Of a DNA stretch of 64,000 nt, positions 57,676 to 64,000 are shown one piece after another (positions within the stretch are counted from its first letter, which is position 1; every line of letters starts with the position of its first letter). The notes beneath the pieces are model-generated. The model did not search any database. It saw only the letters and a list, made by a program, of their open reading frames with translations, and had not been told where the DNA came from. The position numbers were made by a program, and so were the translations under genes. The DNA is from an uncultured Bacteroidales bacterium. GTDB lineage: Bacteria; Bacteroidota; Bacteroidia; Bacteroidales; JAAYJT01. The stretch lies in the NCBI GenBank assembly GCA_964550455.1, contig CAZJZG010000016.1:4960-68959 (forward strand), in the 5' to 3' direction.

Positions 57676-58827
57676 TTAATTATCATTATCGAACCGGGTA
57701 AGGTCGTCCTGACCTGCCGAAGCCGAATATTCAATCTTTCTTTCCTTTATTTTGGCAAAATCTTCAAGCTTATCCGGCATTATTCCCTTATTGTTATTTT
57801 CAATTATTTGTTTGACATTCTCAATAGGAATAGCCAGAAGATTGGCAGAGTCGCTGACATAAGAGTACCACATAAGGTTTTTAAACACGTCAGATTTCTG
57901 ATAAACTGCTTCACCCTTCTTTGTTTTCAACTTTATCTGATTATCAGGAAAATGCTTCAGTGCATCCAGATAAACATCGTTTTCATAATTCAAACAACAT
58001 TTCAGCTTTGCACATTGTCCTGTAAGTTTCTGCGGATTTGGCGATAATTGCTGTACACGTGCTGAATTGGTAGAAACCGAATGAAATGCAGTAAGCCATG
58101 TTGAACAACATAATTCACGTCCGCACGAACCTATTCCTCCCAGGCGGCTTGCTTCCTGCCTCACTCCTATCTGACGCATTTCAATACGGATACGAAATTC
58201 TTCAGCAAGAAATTTAATGAGTTCGCGAAAATCAACCCTGTCTTCGGCAGTATAATAAAAAACAGCCTTGGTGCCATCAGCCTGATATTCAACATCATTG
58301 ATTTTCATCTTTAAACTCAAACGTGAAGCAATCTGACGGGTTCGCATCATAACATAATTTTCCTGTTCCACTACCAAAACCCATTTTTCAATATCGGCAG
58401 GTCTGGCTTTACGATATACTTTTTTAATTTCAGACAATTCAGGATCCACTTTTTTATTACGCATCTGCAAACGAACAAGCTCTCCTGTAAGCGTTACTAT
58501 GCCGATATCATGCCCGGGCGAAGCTTCCACAGCTACGAGATCACCTGTGTGTAATCCCATGTTGTAAGGTGTACGATAAAAATCCTTTCTATTGTGTTTC
58601 AGTCTTACCTCTATACAATCAAAAGGAAGCTGATCGGGGGGCAGTGGGATATTTCCAAGCCAGTCAGTAACGTCAAGTTTTGCACAGCCATGGCAAAATA
58701 CGCTCTTGTCTTTATTATACGGCTCGGGATTAGATGAACAACCCCGGCTTAAAAAATCATTCTTTTCTGGTTTTATATTATTGTATAATTCCATTGTTGC
58801 AACATTGTTTTTAAAGTTTACAGGCAT
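57676..58827 (-). CDS. PSP1 domain protein (RicT/YaaT-like)
   Basis: IVTLTGELVRLQM..., GTKAVFYYTAEDRVDFRELIKFLAEEFRIRIEMRQIGVRQEA, and the Cys clusters GSCGRELCCSTWL and GQCAKLKCCLNYE. Confidence 0.85.
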   Translation of the reverse strand: MPVNFKNNVATMELYNNIKPEKNDFLSRGCSSNPEPYNKDKSVFCHGCAKLDVTDWLGNIPLPPDQLPFDCIEVRLKHNRKDFYRTPYNMGLHTGDLVAVEASPGHDIGIVTLTGELVRLQMRNKKVDPELSEIKKVYRKARPADIEKWVLVVEQENYVMMRTRQIASRLSLKMKINDVEYQADGTKAVFYYTAEDRVDFRELIKFLAEEFRIRIEMRQIGVRQEASRLGGIGSCGRELCCSTWLTAFHSVSTNSARVQQLSPNPQKLTGQCAKLKCCLNYENDVYLDALKHFPDNQIKLKTKKGEAVYQKSDVFKNLMWYSYVSDSANLLAIPIENVKQIIENNNKGIMPDKLEDFAKIKERKIEYSASAGQDDLTRFDNDN

Positions 58828-58905
58828 CTGTAAATATATAACAGTGCCGAAAACAGTATTTTATTGTTAACCCTGCAAAAGTAACTAAATTTTACCGGCA
58901 ATTTT

Positions 58906-60069
58906 TTACCTGCCTTTACTAATTGATCTTGCTCTGGATTTTAACATTTTATTAATTTTCAGGGAAAGATCCATAAACAGGATGGAAGTATTGGCATTTC
59001 TTTCAATATGCATTGAAGCCCGGCTCAGTTCCCGGCTGATCTCTGATATGAATTCTTCTGAAATGGTATTTGAGAAATTTGTGATGAATTTTCTTTCATC
59101 ACCTTCATAATTCAGGAATTTATCGCCATGAATCTTTATTATCATTGCCTCTCTCAGGATATCAACGGCTGTTGAAAGAAAGATCTTTAACTTTTCTCTG
59201 CCAATTTTTGTTATTTCACCAATCCATGCCGAGACATTCTCAATATTAATATTGAAACATAGCCTCATCCATACTATAAACTGTTCAAAATAATTGTCAT
59301 TCTCTTCTGAATTAACATATTCCAGAGCATCAATAAAATTACCGCGTGCGTTCCTTGCAGCCATATTGGCTCTTGAAAGTTCAATGCCATAATTATTTAT
59401 CAAAGCAGTAATGATATCATTATTGCTTAACGGCTTGATCTTTACCAGTTGAGTACGGGATAAAATAGTGCTGATAATCTGTCCGGATTCTTCAGCAACA
59501 AGCAAAAACAGAGTATTATCAGGTGGTTCTTCAAGGATCTTCAGGATTTTAGGAGCTGCCGAGTGAAAAAGTTTTTCTACCATCCAGATAATCACTACTT
59601 TATATTTCGACTCATAAGACTTATAGCTTAAAGTCCTTATGATATCAGTACAATCGTTAACATTGATAATTCCCTGCTTGTTTTCAATTCCGATGGTATT
59701 ATACCACTGAATAAGTTTTATATAAGCACCCTCGTTATCAAGTAAAAGCGAACGCCAATTGCCAATGAAGTCTTTGCTCGAAGGTTTTTCAGGAACTTCT
59801 TTTGTAGTTGATGTAGGATATATGAAATGCAGATCGGGGTGTGCCAGTTTCTGATACTTACGGCATGAAGCACAAACACCACATGAATCATCGCTTTCGC
59901 TGTTACGTCCGGTACAATTTATAAACTGGGCATAAGCAATTGCAAGACCTAATTTACCGCAACCCTCAGGTCCAAGGAACAACTGAGCATGGCTTATCCG
60001 GTTATCTTTAACAGTCTGGATAAGTTTGTTCTTAATTGTTTGCTGCCCAATGATCTTTGAGAATTGCAT
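58906..60069 (-). CDS. holB: DNA polymerase III subunit delta prime
   Basis: AAA+ clamp-loader pattern: RISHAQLFLGPEGCGKLGLAIAYAQFINC, the Zn-module-like CGVCASCRK, and SRTQLVKIKPL (SRC-like motif). Confidence 0.88.
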   Translation of the reverse strand: MQFSKIIGQQTIKNKLIQTVKDNRISHAQLFLGPEGCGKLGLAIAYAQFINCTGRNSESDDSCGVCASCRKYQKLAHPDLHFIYPTSTTKEVPEKPSSKDFIGNWRSLLLDNEGAYIKLIQWYNTIGIENKQGIINVNDCTDIIRTLSYKSYESKYKVVIIWMVEKLFHSAAPKILKILEEPPDNTLFLLVAEESGQIISTILSRTQLVKIKPLSNNDIITALINNYGIELSRANMAARNARGNFIDALEYVNSEENDNYFEQFIVWMRLCFNINIENVSAWIGEITKIGREKLKIFLSTAVDILREAMIIKIHGDKFLNYEGDERKFITNFSNTISEEFISEISRELSRASMHIERNANTSILFMDLSLKINKMLKSRARSISKGR

Positions 60070-60089
60070 AGTTAAATCTTTTATAATGT

Positions 60090-60713
60090 TCAGGCATTTA
60101 AGAGTATAGCAAGTAAAATCCCAAATCCTGTTAAATAACCAAAAAATATCTGAGCGGGGTTATGTGCCGAAAGCTTTAACCGTGCAAAACCGGCAATACC
60201 ACTCAGCAGGATAAGAATAATGATAAGCATTGGCATATCAATCAACATGGTAAATGACAGTCCGATAAATACACCGGTTATACCGCCTAATCCAATCATA
60301 TGCGCACTTATTTTCCAGAAAAAATTAACAATCAAACCAATTACCAGCGAAACAAATGCTCCCAGCATAAAAAAAGAATATACAGCCGAAATTTCCAGTT
60401 GACCCAGCAAATAATAGGCAAGATAATAAAATAATGCTGTTACCATGAAAGGCCATAGGCGTTCTTCGCGCTGGTTCATCAGAAGATTACGTACCAACCC
60501 CGTGCGGGTCATTATAAAAGTAAAAAGCAATGGTAGCAATCCTGTGGTTAAAAACACCATGGAACCAATAAGCCATTTTGCTTTGATAGGTATAATAAGC
60601 GAAAAATAAGCCTGTAAATTAAAAAGTATGATAATGGTATATGTTGGCATCAGCAAAGGATGCAATACAACGGAAACAACTTTGGCAATATTTGTTTCGA
60701 TACGGTTAAACAT
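60090..60713 (-). CDS. integral membrane protein, unknown function (weak PAP2-like motif spacing)
   Basis: 207 aa with 6 predicted TM helices. NQREERLWP, KISAHM and RLKLSAHNPAQ loosely resemble PAP2 motifs C1-C3, which is not decisive. Confidence 0.4.
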   Translation of the reverse strand: MFNRIETNIAKVVSVVLHPLLMPTYTIIILFNLQAYFSLIIPIKAKWLIGSMVFLTTGLLPLLFTFIMTRTGLVRNLLMNQREERLWPFMVTALFYYLAYYLLGQLEISAVYSFFMLGAFVSLVIGLIVNFFWKISAHMIGLGGITGVFIGLSFTMLIDMPMLIIILILLSGIAGFARLKLSAHNPAQIFFGYLTGFGILLAILLNA

Positions 60714-60725
60714 CTTTCACAGTTG

Positions 60726-62201
60726 TTAGAGTTCTTTTCTTAACCGTGCAACGGAAATTTTCAACTGTTCCCTGTATTTCGCCACTGTTCGCCGCGCTAT
60801 GTTATAACCTTTTTCTTTAAGAATTTCGGTAAGCTGATCGTCAGTATAAGGTTTCGATTTGTTTTCTGAGTCAATACAATCAGATAGTATGCTTTTTATT
60901 TCGCGGGTCGAAACTTCTTCTCCGCTTTCGGTTTGCATTGATTCTGAGAAAAAGCTCTTCAGTAAGAACGTACCAAAAGGAGTTTGAACATATTTACTGT
61001 TAGCCACCCGCGACACTGTTGAAATATCAAGTGATACTATTTCGGCAATATCTTTCAGGATCATTGGTTTAAGCAATGTTTCATCCCCTTCAAGAAAATA
61101 ATCGCGCTGATAATCCATAATGGCTCTCATGGTTATGTAAAGAGTGTTTTCCCTTTGTTTTATGGCATCAATAAACCAACGGGCTGAATCAATCTTTTGT
61201 CTGATAAACGAAAGGGCTTCTTTTTGCTGCGTACTGTTTCCCTTGTTTTCCGAAAAAGATTCCATCATATTCAGATAGGTACGATTAATACGCAATTCAG
61301 GGGTGTTTCGGTTGTTAAGGCTTAGTTCAAGCTCGCCGTTTTTATTGTAAATAATGAAATCAGGGATTATGTACTGACTTATTCTTTCAGTTTCTCCCAC
61401 TGAGTTGCCCGGTTTGGGATTGAGCCTGATGATCTCGTCAACAGCAAGTTTAAGTTCTTCTTCCGTGATTTTTGCCCTTTTAATAATTTTATCATAATGC
61501 TTTTTGACAAACTCATCGAAATATTTTTCAAGAACCTCTGTGGCAAGCTTAACTGGATCAGTTTTTTCAAGTCGTTCAAGCTGTAATAAAAGACACTCTT
61601 TAAGGTTGCGGGCTCCCACTCCGGGAGGATCAAGCTCCTGAACCACCTTTAAAACCTCCAGAATTTCCTTTTTATCAGTTATCAGATTCTGTGAAAATGC
61701 AAAATCATCAATCATTGCATTAACATCCCGTTGCAGATATCCCGAATCATCAAGGTTTCCGATTATTGTCCGTGCAATTATCATTTGACGTTCGTCAAGA
61801 TTTTGCATTCCAAGCTGAGAGTTCAAAAATTCATGAAACGATATACCTGCAGCATAAGGCATCTGTACCTGATCATCGTCTCTGCTGGTATTATTTGCTG
61901 AAGTTTTGTAGGCAGGGATATATTCATCTTCATCAAAATAATCGCTCAGGTCAAATTCTTCATCAGCATCGTTACTATCTTCCTGGCTCTCATCCTCATT
62001 TTCGTTAATATTCTGTGGAATTTCTTCATCTGACTGATTTTCACCACTCTCTGACAAATCTTCAAGAGCAGGGTTTTCCTCTATTTCTTGTTTGATCCTT
62101 TGCTCAAGAGCCATAGTAGGTATTTGTAAAAGCTTCATCAGCATTATCTGCTGTGGCGATAATTTCTGTAAAAGCTTCTGTTGTAACTTCTGGTTAAGCA
62201 T
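60726..62201 (-). CDS. rpoN: RNA polymerase sigma-54 factor
   Basis: Gln/Leu-rich region I (MLNQKLQQKLLQKLSPQQIMLMKLLQ), an acidic region II, a C-terminal HTH, and the RpoN box ARRTVAKYR. Confidence 0.95.
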   Translation of the reverse strand: MLNQKLQQKLLQKLSPQQIMLMKLLQIPTMALEQRIKQEIEENPALEDLSESGENQSDEEIPQNINENEDESQEDSNDADEEFDLSDYFDEDEYIPAYKTSANNTSRDDDQVQMPYAAGISFHEFLNSQLGMQNLDERQMIIARTIIGNLDDSGYLQRDVNAMIDDFAFSQNLITDKKEILEVLKVVQELDPPGVGARNLKECLLLQLERLEKTDPVKLATEVLEKYFDEFVKKHYDKIIKRAKITEEELKLAVDEIIRLNPKPGNSVGETERISQYIIPDFIIYNKNGELELSLNNRNTPELRINRTYLNMMESFSENKGNSTQQKEALSFIRQKIDSARWFIDAIKQRENTLYITMRAIMDYQRDYFLEGDETLLKPMILKDIAEIVSLDISTVSRVANSKYVQTPFGTFLLKSFFSESMQTESGEEVSTREIKSILSDCIDSENKSKPYTDDQLTEILKEKGYNIARRTVAKYREQLKISVARLRKEL

Positions 62202-62312
62202 AGATCAGGGTTTGTAAAAATTTGTTTCTGGCAATTTTAAATAATGTCAAACAACAATTGTGCAAGATACAAAATATTTTACTTTTTTTTATTTTTATTC
62301 AGTTAAATTTTC

Positions 62313-63719
62313 TCAAAATTCAGCATTTTGCGGAGTTCTTGGAAACGGAATAACATCACGAATATTAGCCATTCCTGTAACAAAAAGCATAAGCCGTTCA
62401 AATCCCAGTCCAAAGCCACTATGCGGAGCTGTTCCATATTTGCGGGTTTCGAGGTACCACCATAATTCTTCTTCAGGGATCTGAAGTTCTTTGATACGTC
62501 TGTTAAGTTTATCGAAGTCTTCTTCTCTTTGCGATCCGCCAATGATCTCTCCAATTCTTGGAAATAAAACATCCATAGCCCGTACTGTTTTGCCATCCGG
62601 GTTTTGCTTCATATAAAATGCTTTGATCTCTGTAGGATAATCGGTAAGGATTACAGGTTTTTTAAAATGCTTTTCTACCAGATAGCGTTCGTGTTCTGCC
62701 TGCAGATCGCTGCCCCACGAAACAGGGAACTCCCATTTCTGCCCTGATTGTATCAGAATTTCAACTGCCTCGGTATATGTAAGCCGCTCAAATTTATTCT
62801 CAATAATTGATTTCAACCTTTCAATTAATTCCTTGTCGTACATATTGTTAAGAAATTCGAGGTCGTCAAAGCAATTATCAAGAGCATAACGGATAAGATA
62901 TTTCAGAAAATCCTCAGCCAGGTCCATATCATCGTGAATATCATAAAATGCTATTTCGGGTTCTATCATCCAGAATTCAGCCAGATGACGTGGTGTATTT
63001 GAGTTTTCAGCTCTGAAAGTAGGTCCGAAAGTATATACTTTTGATAACGCCATAGCGCCAAGCTCAGCTTCTAATTGTCCGGATACTGTCAGATTAGTTT
63101 GTTTTCCAAAAAAATCTTTACTGAAATCAACCGAACCATCTTCTTTCAGAGGTGGGTTCTTAGGATCAAGAATTGAAACCCTGAACATAGCTCCTGCACC
63201 TTCAGCATCCGATCCGGTAATTATTGGCGAATGTATATAATAAAAGCCATTGTCGTTAAAATACTTATGAATTGCAAATGCCATGGCATGACGCAAGCGA
63301 AGCACTGCTCCAAAAGTATTGGTACGTGGACGCAAATGAGCTATTTCGCGCAAAAATTCCATAGAGTGACCCTTTTTCTGCAAAGGAAAAGTCTCAGGAT
63401 CGGCACTTCCATATACCAGAATATTTTTTGCCTGAATTTCAACCTTTTGACCCTGCCCCAACGATTCTACAAGTATCCCGTCAACCGAGATACATGAACC
63501 GGTAGTAACAGGTTTTAGAGCTTCTTCGCCAAAATTCTCAACATCAGCAACAATCTGTATATTATGAATGATTGAACCATCATTCAACGCTATAAAAGCA
63601 ACTTTTTTATTTCCCCTTTTGGTTCTAACCCAGCCCTTTACATTTACCAATTGCCCAATTGGCAGCTCACCTGCGGGTCGGAGCAGATCTTTGATCATGG
63701 TTCTTTTTAATTCTTTCAT
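62313..63719 (-). CDS. asnS: asparagine--tRNA ligase
   Basis: 468-aa class IIb aaRS. It has an N-terminal OB fold ([25 protein letters not shown]), motif 2 [19 protein letters not shown], and motif 3 [15 protein letters not shown]. Confidence 0.9.
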   Translation of the reverse strand: MKELKRTMIKDLLRPAGELPIGQLVNVKGWVRTKRGNKKVAFIALNDGSIIHNIQIVADVENFGEEALKPVTTGSCISVDGILVESLGQGQKVEIQAKNILVYGSADPETFPLQKKGHSMEFLREIAHLRPRTNTFGAVLRLRHAMAFAIHKYFNDNGFYYIHSPIITGSDAEGAGAMFRVSILDPKNPPLKEDGSVDFSKDFFGKQTNLTVSGQLEAELGAMALSKVYTFGPTFRAENSNTPRHLAEFWMIEPEIAFYDIHDDMDLAEDFLKYLIRYALDNCFDDLEFLNNMYDKELIERLKSIIENKFERLTYTEAVEILIQSGQKWEFPVSWGSDLQAEHERYLVEKHFKKPVILTDYPTEIKAFYMKQNPDGKTVRAMDVLFPRIGEIIGGSQREEDFDKLNRRIKELQIPEEELWWYLETRKYGTAPHSGFGLGFERLMLFVTGMANIRDVIPFPRTPQNAEF

Positions 63720-64000
63720 TTTTATTAATCATTATATTTTTTGCAAAAAAACGATTTTTTTAGCTGACAGACAATTTTGAAGCACCTGAATCTGATAATT
63801 ACCATGATTTTATCCCTCATTATTCCAATCTCCTGATAAGCAAATCAAAGGATTAATATCTCAATATCACTGATTTTTAAAAAACCGGCTTTATAAAAAA
63901 AGTATAATTGAAACAGCGGCAAACTAAAACCTGAAATTATAAATTGGAAAAAAATTGTAACGAAAAAAATCAGGGCTGTTTTGCTTGTTTTTCAGTTTTT

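Noticed and set aside
1-64000. CRISPR arrays, IS elements, prophage or defence-system genes
   Set aside because: I saw no regularly spaced direct repeats and no transposase, recombinase, nuclease, helicase or ATPase defence signatures in any ORF. The only DNA-level tandem repeats found are the in-frame 21-nt units in rplQ.

Overview
AT-rich bacterial chromosome segment with several Bacteroidota hallmarks. These are TAnnTTTG-type -7 promoter boxes, a MurF-Alr fusion, a GldH lipoprotein, a T9SS C-terminal sorting domain and long tails on r-proteins. No similarity search could be run, so every call rests on motifs read from the translations and on gene order.

Layout:
(1) 1-359: 5' fragment of a GH27 alpha-galactosidase gene (minus strand), missed by the ORF track.
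(2) 549-18854: one uninterrupted minus-strand array, rpsL-rpsG-fusA-rpsJ...rplQ (str, S10, spc and alpha operons fused). It has 33 genes including rpmJ, which the ORF track also missed. There is no tuf and no adk. It ends in a clear intrinsic terminator.
(3) 19.4-40.6 kb: mixed housekeeping genes. These are a MORN lipoprotein, pyrC, a Dpm1-like GT2, a DAACS transporter, a HAD hydrolase, uvrC, thiL, an NhaC-family antiporter, TauE, isoaspartyl peptidase, hflX, a Fib_succ-type lipoprotein, tRNA-Lys/Pro/Thr, a coupled aminotransferase/omega-amidase pair, a YbaK/ProX-like deacylase, pdxA and murF-alr.
(4) 40.7-54.7 kb: the only accessory-looking region and my best candidate for an undescribed system. 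It encodes three predicted GT-C-type polytopic membrane proteins, two of which are paralogues of an unassigned family. It also encodes a soluble polyprenyl-phosphate-type GT2, a GT4, an ArnA-decarboxylase-like SDR, a DegT/ArnB-like aminotransferase and a hexapeptide acyltransferase. The last gene is a 1428-aa secreted LTD-CotH protein with a T9SS sorting domain.
(5) 54.7-63.7 kb: ponA, gldH, a PSP1/RicT-like gene, holB, a membrane protein, rpoN and asnS. All are co-directional with, and tightly packed against, the CotH/glycosylation operon.

I saw no CRISPR array, transposase, integrase or phage genes.
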